From: Candidatus Gastranaerophilales bacterium
GTDB taxonomy: Bacteria > Cyanobacteriota > Vampirovibrionia > Gastranaerophilales > Gastranaerophilaceae
Length of the DNA: 30,057 bases
Reading direction: 5' to 3'
Assembly (NCBI GenBank): GCA_944323585.1
Contig: CALUTA010000001.1
Location: 1 to 30,057, forward strand
Part shown: in pieces, positions 1-7,585 of the stretch
Position numbering within the stretch: position 1 is the first letter of the stretch
Layout: every line of letters begins with the position of its first letter
Notes under the pieces: model-generated
The model's input: the letters and a program-made list of their open reading frames with translations, nothing else
What the model was told of the DNA's origin: nothing
Database searches by the model: none
Translations under genes and position numbers: made by a program

Positions 1-423
1 AGGAACTTCGTCATACAATACTCCGTGCGCAATTAATGAATCCTCTTTTGTTGCGTCATCTCCTGCAGTTCCGATAACCTCCTGCATTGTGTCATATGGT
101 GCTCCGGCAGCTGAAAGAAGTTTATTTCCCGGTCTTAAGCAGCCAAAAAGACAGCAGGCAAGTGTGTGGGTGCCTGACGCAAAATGTACTCTGACAAGTG
201 CCTTTTCCGCTTTGAAAACATCTGCAAAAACTCTATCAAGAACTTCACGTCCCAGATCATCGTGGCCGTAGCCCGAAACCGTATAAAAGTGTTCTGGTGC
301 TACTTTGTTATTAATAAAGGCTTCAAGGACTTTTTTCTGGTTTAAATCTCTTATATCTTCAATAATTTCAAATTGTTCTCTTAATTCTTTTTCGGCTTTT
401 TTTATTATTTCATGGCTTGTCAT
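1..423 (-). CDS. YnbB / aluminium-resistance / methionine gamma-lyase-like PLP-dependent protein, N-terminal part (runs off the window edge; not in the ORF track)
   Basis: Manual translation from the ATG at 423: MTSHEIIKKAEKELREQFEIIEDIRDLNQKKVLEAF...TVSGYGHDDLGREVLDRVFADVFKAEKALVRVHFASGTHTLACCLFGCLRPG...GAPYDTMQEVIG. The GYG.DD.GR, SGTH and PYDT motifs are typical of this family. AAGGA RBS upstream; TG-G-TATAAT at 457-449. Confidence 0.88.
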   Translation of the reverse strand, partial: MTSHEIIKKAEKELREQFEIIEDIRDLNQKKVLEAFINNKVAPEHFYTVSGYGHDDLGREVLDRVFADVFKAEKALVRVHFASGTHTLACCLFGCLRPGNKLLSAAGAPYDTMQEVIGTAGDDATKEDSLIAHGVLYDEVP

Positions 424-511
424 AACACATATCCTTTTTCACGCAGAAATTATACCACGAATAAGCTGACTGATTAATATAATTTTTTTTATAATTTCAT
501 ATAGTGTTTTT

Positions 512-1225
512 ATGAAAAAAATAATCTTAATGATAACACTGCTTGTTTCGCTGCCTGTATGGGCTTCAGAGTATTCAGTGAACACTCCTGATAATTACAG
601 TTACAGCGGGGAAGAAGGCGAAAGAACTCTTTTTATCCTTGATTTTTCAAACAGCATGAGCGAATACCTTGACGGGGCGAGAAAAGTTGATTTAATGCTT
701 GACACTATGAAAAAAATTCTGCCTAAAATTAATCCTGACAGTTTTACAGGGCTAAGGGTTTACGGACATAAAATGGGCTTTACACCTTATGACGCCTGCC
801 ATGCATCATCTCTTCTTGTACCTATCGGGCCTGCTAATGCTAACAACATAGCATCTTCACTTGCTGAAACTGCCCCGAAGGGTATGACGCCTATAACTTT
901 TTCCTTAAAAGAGGCCGTAAAACATGATTTTATGGGCTTTACCGGCAAAAAACACATAATCCTTCTTACTGACGGCGGCGAAAACTGCGACGAAAGCCCC
1001 TGTAAATGGGTTATGGAGCTTGTGAAAATCCGAAAAGACGTCAAAATCGACGTAATCGCCTTTAACGTAACAGAAGCAGACGATCTTGATCAGCTTGAGT
1101 GCACTTCGCTTGTGACGGGCGGAAAATTCTTCAGCGCAAACACAGCTGCAGAACTTGCCAGAAGCCTTAACAATTCAATAAATGTAAAAAAAGATGTTGA
1201 AGCAAAAATTATTCCTCATAAATAG
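512..1225 (+). CDS. Secreted single-domain von Willebrand factor A (vWA) protein
   Basis: Signal peptide MKKIILMITLLVSLPVWA. MIDAS intact: ILDFSNS (DxSxS), GMTPI (T), LLTDGGENC (D). Confidence 0.88.
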   Translation: MKKIILMITLLVSLPVWASEYSVNTPDNYSYSGEEGERTLFILDFSNSMSEYLDGARKVDLMLDTMKKILPKINPDSFTGLRVYGHKMGFTPYDACHASSLLVPIGPANANNIASSLAETAPKGMTPITFSLKEAVKHDFMGFTGKKHIILLTDGGENCDESPCKWVMELVKIRKDVKIDVIAFNVTEADDLDQLECTSLVTGGKFFSANTAAELARSLNNSINVKKDVEAKIIPHK

Positions 1226-1289
1226 GCAATTTTTTCTTCTTAAATGTTTTTAATAATATACAGGGGAAATTATTGAAAGGGAAAATTTA

Positions 1290-1982
1290 ATGTTAGCAAG
1301 CGGTTTATACAAACTTGGAAGAACCATTGTTAAAAATTCAAAAATTATTAAAAAAACAGGCAAACCGGATCTTCCACGGTATTTGTATCACATGACAACA
1401 AAACAGAACTATGATTCAATGCTAAAAAGCGGAAAGATTTATACATCACATGACGCAGGTATGAGCAGCTTAGAGGGTGTTTTTATGTTTGATATGCAAA
1501 ATTTTTCAAAACGCTGGGCTAATACAATGATTCAAACACCGAATGCAAAAGCTAATCTTGGAACAGCATTGCTTTGCAAAAATATAACCGAATTTAAAAA
1601 TATGACAAAAGGAATTGATATAGTGCTGCTTAAAATTCCAACAAAAGGTATGGATATTTCAAAATTGAAAGTTAGACCGCAGCTTGCTCCGACAGAACTA
1701 AATGCGGGTATTTTAAACGGCGACAGCGCATTATATAAATCTCTTTATACACGCCGCAAAAATGCAATAGAATATATTTATGAAAATAACATAGACACTT
1801 CATGCTTAGAAAAAATAGGAACTGCAACTTTAAAATTTGAATCAATGGATGATTTGAAAAAGGCTGCAAAGTCTAGTCCGCTAGATATTTTACTTAAGCT
1901 TGTAAAAGGCATGCCCGAAGAAAAATGTGTGAATGCCTTTAAAAATGCGGATATCAAGCAACAAACCATTAAGATATTTTAG
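1290..1982 (+). CDS. Hypothetical protein with a probable ADP-ribosyltransferase (ART)-like fold
   Basis: YLYHMTTKQNYDSMLKSGKI (HxT...N..S.L.SG), GVFMFD strand, IVLLKIP strand, AIEYIYENNIDTSCLEKI (late Glu strand). The CDS is secure (GAAAGGG RBS); the fold is an inference. Confidence 0.55.
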   Translation: MLASGLYKLGRTIVKNSKIIKKTGKPDLPRYLYHMTTKQNYDSMLKSGKIYTSHDAGMSSLEGVFMFDMQNFSKRWANTMIQTPNAKANLGTALLCKNITEFKNMTKGIDIVLLKIPTKGMDISKLKVRPQLAPTELNAGILNGDSALYKSLYTRRKNAIEYIYENNIDTSCLEKIGTATLKFESMDDLKKAAKSSPLDILLKLVKGMPEEKCVNAFKNADIKQQTIKIF

Positions 1983-1984
1983 AA

Positions 1985-3787
1985 TTATCTGCAGCCGTCG
2001 TCGGCCATATCAACTTTCCCGTCGTAATCGTTGTCAATTCCGTCATAGCAGGAGCCGATTGAATATCTGCTTTCCGGACGGACAGAGTATTTAAGATAAA
2101 TGTCAGGGATTTTCTTCCAGATGAATTCAAACCAGCCTTTGTAGAATTTTGCAAGTTCCGGGTTTTCTATAACAAGGCAGTTTTCGTCGTTCCTGTTTTC
2201 TCCGCTGTTTGAGAAGTTCATTGAACCGGTCACAACATATTTGTCATCAATTATCATTGATTTGGTGTGAACTTTTCCTGCAAAGCTTTCGGTTTTAAGC
2301 GGAATTCCTGCATTTCTAAGCACTTCGTGGGTGGTGTGATTTGAGCGGACGCTTGTTGCATCAAGAATTATTTTAACGTCTACCCCTCTGTTTTTAGCAT
2401 CAATAAGCGCCTTTGTAAGACTTTTGTGCGTAATTACAAATACAGGCAGGTAAATGTAATTCTTTGCGTTGTTTACAAGCGGAACCAGAGCTTTTTCAAC
2501 GGTCTTGTCCTGCGGGGAGAAGTAGGCGTTTACTTTTGTGCCCCCGATATTAAATAAATTTGAGCTATCAAGCGGCTTTTTAAGTGTGTGAAAACTTCCG
2601 CCGTACATCTGTTCAAATTCTTTTGTATAATATGAAGCAAGTTCAGGCGAACTTATAATGACAATATTATTTGCATTAAATCCTGAAAACCCTGTGCGGG
2701 AAAAGTTCATTGAGCCTGTCAGCAGCGTTTTGTTGTCCGAAATAATGAATTTGTTGTGCATAAGCATTGATGTAAGTTTTTTGTTTTCAAAAATTTCGTC
2801 CGAATGCTTCTCCTCAATTTTGCTTAGAAAATCTGCCATTTCAGCACGAACGCTATCGTTGGGCTTAACCTCATAAACTGCTCTTATTTTCACATTTCTG
2901 GCCTTTGCATTTTCTATTGCTCTTTCAATTTCAGGAATATTGCTCCATTCATAAACCGCCATATCAAGCGTTGAATGAGTGTTGTTTATCAGATTAACCG
3001 TTTCTTTGCAAAAATAGTGATTGCACTTTTTATGAGGAGAAAGATGGTTTGTGTAATCCGAAAGTATAAATTTTATCCCTTTAACTTCTTTGAATTCAGG
3101 GTATGTTGATTTATCAAGAGTTTTCTCTTCTTTTTTACGAAGCTTTTCGCTTTGTTCGGGGCGGACAATACAATATTTGCATTTCTCAAACTGTAATTCA
3201 GCTTCCGCCATAGGCAAAATAAGAAAATCGCTTGACTTTATTCCGTATCTGCAATCGAGTTTGTGAAATTTTCCGCTTTTGCGGTTCAAAATCACAAGAT
3301 TTAAAGCTTTCGCTTCCTCAAGTTCCTGATTGAAAAGTTCAGGATTGACAGGTTTTCCGTTAATTATTGCATGAGCGGAGCTTCTCAAAGCTTCCGTGTA
3401 ATTTTCTCCATTAACATAAATGTCAGCGAATTTGCAATCAGTTGTGCGTTCAGGCTTAAGTTCTATTTTAACTTTCCTGTTAAGCAAAAATTCCTTTGCA
3501 AATTCATCAGCCATATACCCTGCGTTAATTGCGTCGGGCTGTGAAAGATTAAGAGATTTCATTAAATCATTCTGGTTGGCTGAAATGTTTGAAGTAAAAG
3601 TCTGAATCTCAGGCACACACATTGTTTCGCCTTCATCAGAAATTCCGTTGCTGTTTAAATCAACAACAAATTTGGTTGGTGAAATCAGTTCAATAACCCT
3701 TGTGCCTGTGTTTTTATCAATTTCAAAAATAATAAAAAGCACTAACAATACGAGTATATATGCAATGTGAAGTAATTTTTTGTTCAT
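1985..3787 (-). CDS. Membrane-anchored phospholipase D-superfamily protein (two HKD domains) with N-terminal SNase-like and Ada-like Cys/His domains
   Basis: N-terminal TM (IAYILVLLVLFIIFEI). Two complete HxKxxxxD motifs (HNKFIISD, HTKSMIID), each followed by TGSMNFS. KFHKLDC...CKYC cluster. C-terminal CYDGIDNDYDGKVDMADDGC motif. Confidence 0.85.
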   Translation of the reverse strand: MNKKLLHIAYILVLLVLFIIFEIDKNTGTRVIELISPTKFVVDLNSNGISDEGETMCVPEIQTFTSNISANQNDLMKSLNLSQPDAINAGYMADEFAKEFLLNRKVKIELKPERTTDCKFADIYVNGENYTEALRSSAHAIINGKPVNPELFNQELEEAKALNLVILNRKSGKFHKLDCRYGIKSSDFLILPMAEAELQFEKCKYCIVRPEQSEKLRKKEEKTLDKSTYPEFKEVKGIKFILSDYTNHLSPHKKCNHYFCKETVNLINNTHSTLDMAVYEWSNIPEIERAIENAKARNVKIRAVYEVKPNDSVRAEMADFLSKIEEKHSDEIFENKKLTSMLMHNKFIISDNKTLLTGSMNFSRTGFSGFNANNIVIISSPELASYYTKEFEQMYGGSFHTLKKPLDSSNLFNIGGTKVNAYFSPQDKTVEKALVPLVNNAKNYIYLPVFVITHKSLTKALIDAKNRGVDVKIILDATSVRSNHTTHEVLRNAGIPLKTESFAGKVHTKSMIIDDKYVVTGSMNFSNSGENRNDENCLVIENPELAKFYKGWFEFIWKKIPDIYLKYSVRPESRYSIGSCYDGIDNDYDGKVDMADDGCR

Positions 3788-4630
3788 TTACAGTTGTTTA
3801 TAGTTTGTAATTTCAAAACCTAATCTGTAGATTTTATTTTCCAGTTCTTTATTTTGAGTAATCAGAAATTCGTTATAATGGCTGTCCTTAATATTAGAGT
3901 TGTATTTGCAAGGGTGAATCAGCGCTTCTGCAATACAATTTTCGTCAGGCAAAGCTTCAAGCCCGTATTCAACCGTCATATCATCCATCATACCCGTATA
4001 TCCTACACCCAGAAGATAATCATTCGTCTTTAATCCCGTATTTTCCAGCTGTTTTTTATTGATTTTGGTAAAATGGTTAAGCAGCAAAATTTTTAAAATA
4101 TTGATCGGATATTTAAAGTTCAGATGTTTGCTTAATTTCGGAACTGTATAAAAAGCTTCATGCTGGGTTCTAATGTAAGGAATGTTATATTCCTTTGCCA
4201 GTTTAACAACAATTTTAAAAATCTCAGGAATTGCGTGGGTGTGCACGTGTGAATCTATATGGTCAGGTTTCGTGATAGAGATAATTTTTTCTATCTGTGC
4301 TCTAAACTCGTTTTCAATCTGCTTTTGAACATTCTTATTTTTTGCCTTGAAAATTAATGAAAGGTAGCCTTGATTGAACATCCCGCTGTCATCTGTCAGC
4401 AGATGGCATTTTGTAAGCGCATGTCCTTCCATAATGTTAAGATGAACCCCGATTCCAAGCGCCGAACATTCAGGAAGAATTTCATTAACAGCATTATCAA
4501 AAGCCGGCCCGTTCGCACACAGGCTTGTACTTTTAAGCAGTCCTCTTCCGTATGCATAAAGCACAGCCCTGTTAAAATCATTTGTCATGCCAAAATCATC
4601 AGCATTAAGTATAAATTTTTTCTCAGCCAT
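3788..4630 (-). CDS. YdjC/ChbG-family carbohydrate deacetylase
   Basis: ILNADDFG, GVHLN, HIDSHVHTH and LIHP motifs. The stop codon abuts the PLD gene start (TAAATG). Confidence 0.9.
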   Translation of the reverse strand: MAEKKFILNADDFGMTNDFNRAVLYAYGRGLLKSTSLCANGPAFDNAVNEILPECSALGIGVHLNIMEGHALTKCHLLTDDSGMFNQGYLSLIFKAKNKNVQKQIENEFRAQIEKIISITKPDHIDSHVHTHAIPEIFKIVVKLAKEYNIPYIRTQHEAFYTVPKLSKHLNFKYPINILKILLLNHFTKINKKQLENTGLKTNDYLLGVGYTGMMDDMTVEYGLEALPDENCIAEALIHPCKYNSNIKDSHYNEFLITQNKELENKIYRLGFEITNYKQL

Positions 4631-4694
4631 ATCAATCCCTTGACTAATTACCTGTATATTATATTATAAAAAATGAATTACAGGTACCTTATTT

Positions 4695-5648
4695 ATGAAT
4701 ACACCGAAATTAGCTATCATAGTGCCTTGCTACAATGAGGAATTATGCATAAAAAACACTGCAGAAAAACTTCTAGAGGTTCTTGATTACCTAATTAAAC
4801 ACAACAAAATCAGACGGGAAAGTTTTATATATTTTGTTGATGACGGCTCAAGAGATAATACATGGAAAATTATGCAGTATTTGCACAGCCAGAACCGGAT
4901 CTTTAAAGGGCAGAGGTTTTTGAAAAATTTCGGAAATCAAAAGGCAATACTTGCAGGACTTGAAGCAGCTCAGCGTTTTGACTGCGACTGTGCGGTTTCA
5001 ATTGATGCTGATTTACAGCAGGATGAGTGGGCAATTGAAAGATTTCTGGATAAATATCAAAAAGGTTATGATGTAGTCTGCGGGATCAGGAATGACCGCA
5101 AAACAGATTCATTATTCAAAAAACTTACGGCACTTGCCTTTTACAAAACAATGAATTTTTTAGGGGCAAATATTCCGGTCAATCACTCTGACTTCAGACT
5201 TGTAAGCCGTAAAGCGCTCAATATAATGGAGCTTTACAACGAAAGATATTTGTTCTTAAGAGGATTCTTTAATGATGTAGGTTTAAAAACAGCCTATGTG
5301 CATTTTGACGTAAAACCGAGATTTGCGGGGCGTTCCAAGTTTAATTTGTTTAGTCTTAGCGGGATGGCGCTTAACGGAATTACATCTTACAGTGTTGTGC
5401 CGTTAAGATTAGTGTCAATTTTAGGTTTTATGATGACAATTGTAGCTGTAATTCTTGGCAGCATTGCAGTGTGCCATAAGATTTTCTTTTCCCATTTTCA
5501 ACATGACTGGGTGATTGACTTTATAATGAGCTGCTTTTTCGGCGGAATTGAGTTATTCTGCCTCGGTTCAATCGGCGAATATATCGGACAAATATTCCTT
5601 GAAGTCAAAGGCCGCCCCAGATATATTACCGATTTAGAGTTGAAATAA
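4695..5648 (+). CDS. GT2 polyprenol-phosphate glycosyltransferase (GtrB/ArnC/YkoT-like)
   Basis: IIVPCYNEE, VDDGSRD, NFGNQKAILAG, IDADLQQD, SDFRLVSR motifs; two C-terminal TM helices; GEYIGQIFLEVKGRPRY tail. Confidence 0.92.
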   Translation: MNTPKLAIIVPCYNEELCIKNTAEKLLEVLDYLIKHNKIRRESFIYFVDDGSRDNTWKIMQYLHSQNRIFKGQRFLKNFGNQKAILAGLEAAQRFDCDCAVSIDADLQQDEWAIERFLDKYQKGYDVVCGIRNDRKTDSLFKKLTALAFYKTMNFLGANIPVNHSDFRLVSRKALNIMELYNERYLFLRGFFNDVGLKTAYVHFDVKPRFAGRSKFNLFSLSGMALNGITSYSVVPLRLVSILGFMMTIVAVILGSIAVCHKIFFSHFQHDWVIDFIMSCFFGGIELFCLGSIGEYIGQIFLEVKGRPRYITDLELK

Positions 5649-5690
5649 CATTTGAAATGCCTTATAATTCTTTTAAAAGGGATTTATATA

Positions 5691-6098
5691 ATGAAATTTA
5701 TAAGCACAATTGTGGTAATTCTGGTCTTTTTGTCATCTGCAGCTTATGCCGTAGACATAAGGTACGGCTACGGTTATGGTTCAGGTTCAGGAACATATCA
5801 ATTCAGCAACTTTTGGGAACGCGGTAAATACAGCAAATATACACCAGTTTCGGCAGATGATATCCGAATAAGACAGAATTATAATTCGGCTGACAGGTAT
5901 GTCCGGCCCTCCTCAATAAATTCTTCAAATGGTCTAAATTCAAATAAAAATTATGTTCAATCTCCGGAAAATGAGCCTCATCTTCAATATGGATACAATC
6001 CACACGGCGAACAGACATTCCGTCAGATTGGCGGAAGACGTGTGCATTACGGCTACAATTCAGCGGGCAAATTTGTTCCTGTCGGTGTAGAATACTAA
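5691..6098 (+). CDS. Secreted Tyr/Gly-rich hypothetical protein with YGYN repeats
   Basis: ATG at 5691 follows an AAGGGA RBS, so it is preferred over the TTG at 5652. Signal peptide ending AYA. Repeats RYGYG, QYGYNPHG, HYGYNSAG. Confidence 0.7.
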   Translation: MKFISTIVVILVFLSSAAYAVDIRYGYGYGSGSGTYQFSNFWERGKYSKYTPVSADDIRIRQNYNSADRYVRPSSINSSNGLNSNKNYVQSPENEPHLQYGYNPHGEQTFRQIGGRRVHYGYNSAGKFVPVGVEY

Positions 6099-6101
6099 GT
6101 T

Positions 6102-6129
6102 TTGCAAATGATTTTGTTTGTATTATAAT
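6102..6129 (+). promoter_or_regulatory. Sigma70-type promoter of the SRP RNA
   Basis: TTGCAA (6102-6107), 16-nt spacer, TATAAT (6124-6129), ending 8 nt before the predicted RNA 5' end. Confidence 0.7.
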
Positions 6130-6137
6130 ATTAACAA

Positions 6138-6393
6138 GCCGTGCTCCACGGGGAATTGCAATCCCTTGACCGGAAGTTAATGCCGGGTGCAGAGCCTGTT
6201 GTGAGGGTTGTGTGAGCGGGGTAAAAGTTAATATTTTTGTTGATAGTTATGGTCAGGGCGGCGTAAAACTCCGAACCGTGTCAGGATGGAAACATAGCAG
6301 CACTAAGGTGACCTTTGCGGGTGTCTTGATTATAAAAGTAGAAAATATTTTCTAATACTCCGGTTTGCCCGATTCGATAGACAGAGGCACGGC
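6138..6393 (+). ncRNA. ffs: Signal recognition particle RNA, large bacterial type with Alu domain (~256 nt)
   Basis: Helix 8 core TCAGG-ATG-GAAA-CAT-AGCAGC at 6281-6301, equivalent to E. coli CAGG-UCC-GGAA-GGA-AGCAGC. The 5' GCCGTGC pairs with the 3' GCACGGC, followed by a T tract. Two short 5' hairpins (GGGA..TCCC, CCGG..CCGG), as in Bacillus scRNA. Confidence 0.92.
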
Positions 6394-6543
6394 TTTTTTA
6401 TTTAATTAGAATTTTGTTGTGATCCTGAAAAACTCTTTATTGCAAAATAGCTTAATAAAATATAGTGTGATTCCAAATACTCTCCGCCTGTGCAATGTTT
6501 TTAAATTAATTTAAAGATATTGTATTCACAGAAAGGAGAAATT

Positions 6544-6939
6544 ATGACGGAAAAACTTGAACTGTACAAATGTGATATTTGCGGAAACCTTGTTCAGGTA
6601 ATTCTTCCGGGTGTTGGCGAACTTGTCTGCTGTGGTGAGGCTATGCGTCTTTTAAAGGCACAGACCGAAGAAGAGGGCAAAACCGAAAAACATGTACCTG
6701 TTTTTATAAAAGACAATGAAGGCAATGACACGGTTATTGTCGGCTCAACTCCTCATCCAATGGAGGAAAGCCATTACATAATGTTTATTGAAACAATTTC
6801 TGAGGATAAAGATAATGTTCAACTTAAATATTTACACCCCGGAGAAGAAGCCAAAATGGTTGTAGAATGCAAAGACGGTAAAACCTGTGCATTAGAGCTT
6901 TGTAATATTCACGGGTTATGGGAGGGCAAAAGTGATTAG
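6544..6939 (+). CDS. dfx: Desulfoferrodoxin (class I superoxide reductase)
   Basis: Centre I YKCDICGN...VCCG. Centre II EKHVP, PHPM, HYI, LCNIHG. ATG at 6544 follows AAAGGAG. Confidence 0.95.
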   Translation: MTEKLELYKCDICGNLVQVILPGVGELVCCGEAMRLLKAQTEEEGKTEKHVPVFIKDNEGNDTVIVGSTPHPMEESHYIMFIETISEDKDNVQLKYLHPGEEAKMVVECKDGKTCALELCNIHGLWEGKSD

Positions 6940-7444
6940 TGAAAAAATTCAAAACATACTTAACGAGCAGATTAACAAAGAATTTTATTCAGCTTATTTG
7001 TATCTTGCTATGTCTGCATATTTTGATGAAATCGGTCTTAAAGGTTTTTCTAACTGGACGAGAGTTCAGGCACGCGAGGAGGTAGATCACGGAATGATTC
7101 TGTTTGATTATATCATTGAACGGCAGGGAAAGGTTAATCTGCGCCAGATTGACATGCCTGAAACCTCTTTTGGTGACACGCTTGAAGTGTTTGAGAAAAT
7201 ATACTCTCACGAAAAATACGTGACTGACAGTATAAACTGTGTTGCCAATATGACCGATGAAGAATGTGATCTTGCAACAAGATATTTCATCAACTGGTAC
7301 ATTAAAGAACAGGTTGAAGAAGAGGCTAATGTTGATGACGTTATAAAAAAGATAAAGCTGTTTGGCGGTGAAAAGGCGGCACTTTATCATCTTGACAAAG
7401 AACTTGCCTCAAGAGAATACAAATATCACTCTTACGAATCATAA
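6932..7444 (+). CDS. ftnA: Non-haem ferritin
   Basis: Ferroxidase residues in INKEFYSAYLY, REEVDHG, HEKYVT and KEQVEEE. GTG start overlaps the end of dfx. Confidence 0.93.
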   Translation: MISEKIQNILNEQINKEFYSAYLYLAMSAYFDEIGLKGFSNWTRVQAREEVDHGMILFDYIIERQGKVNLRQIDMPETSFGDTLEVFEKIYSHEKYVTDSINCVANMTDEECDLATRYFINWYIKEQVEEEANVDDVIKKIKLFGGEKAALYHLDKELASREYKYHSYES

Positions 7445-7483
7445 CTTAAAAAATTAAATATAAAGCGCTTTAAATTGTTACAG

Positions 7484-7514
7484 GCAGGAAAGTATAAACT
7501 TTCCTGCTCTTTGT
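7484..7514 (+). terminator. Intrinsic terminator after dfx-ftn
   Basis: GCAGGAAAG-tataaa-CTTTCCTGC 9-bp stem followed by TCTTTGT. Confidence 0.7.
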
Positions 7515-7585
7515 ATTAATCTTTACAATTTTGAGATCCAGTTATAAAAAGTATATAATACTTTCAGTATAATTCTGGAAATAAA

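Noticed and set aside
89-271. 60-aa plus-strand ORF in the track
   Set aside because: Antisense shadow of the YnbB-like gene (1-423, minus strand), which has clear family motifs.
6417-6480. TGTGA half-sites upstream of dfx as CRP boxes
   Set aside because: Neither has the TCACA second half at N6 spacing.
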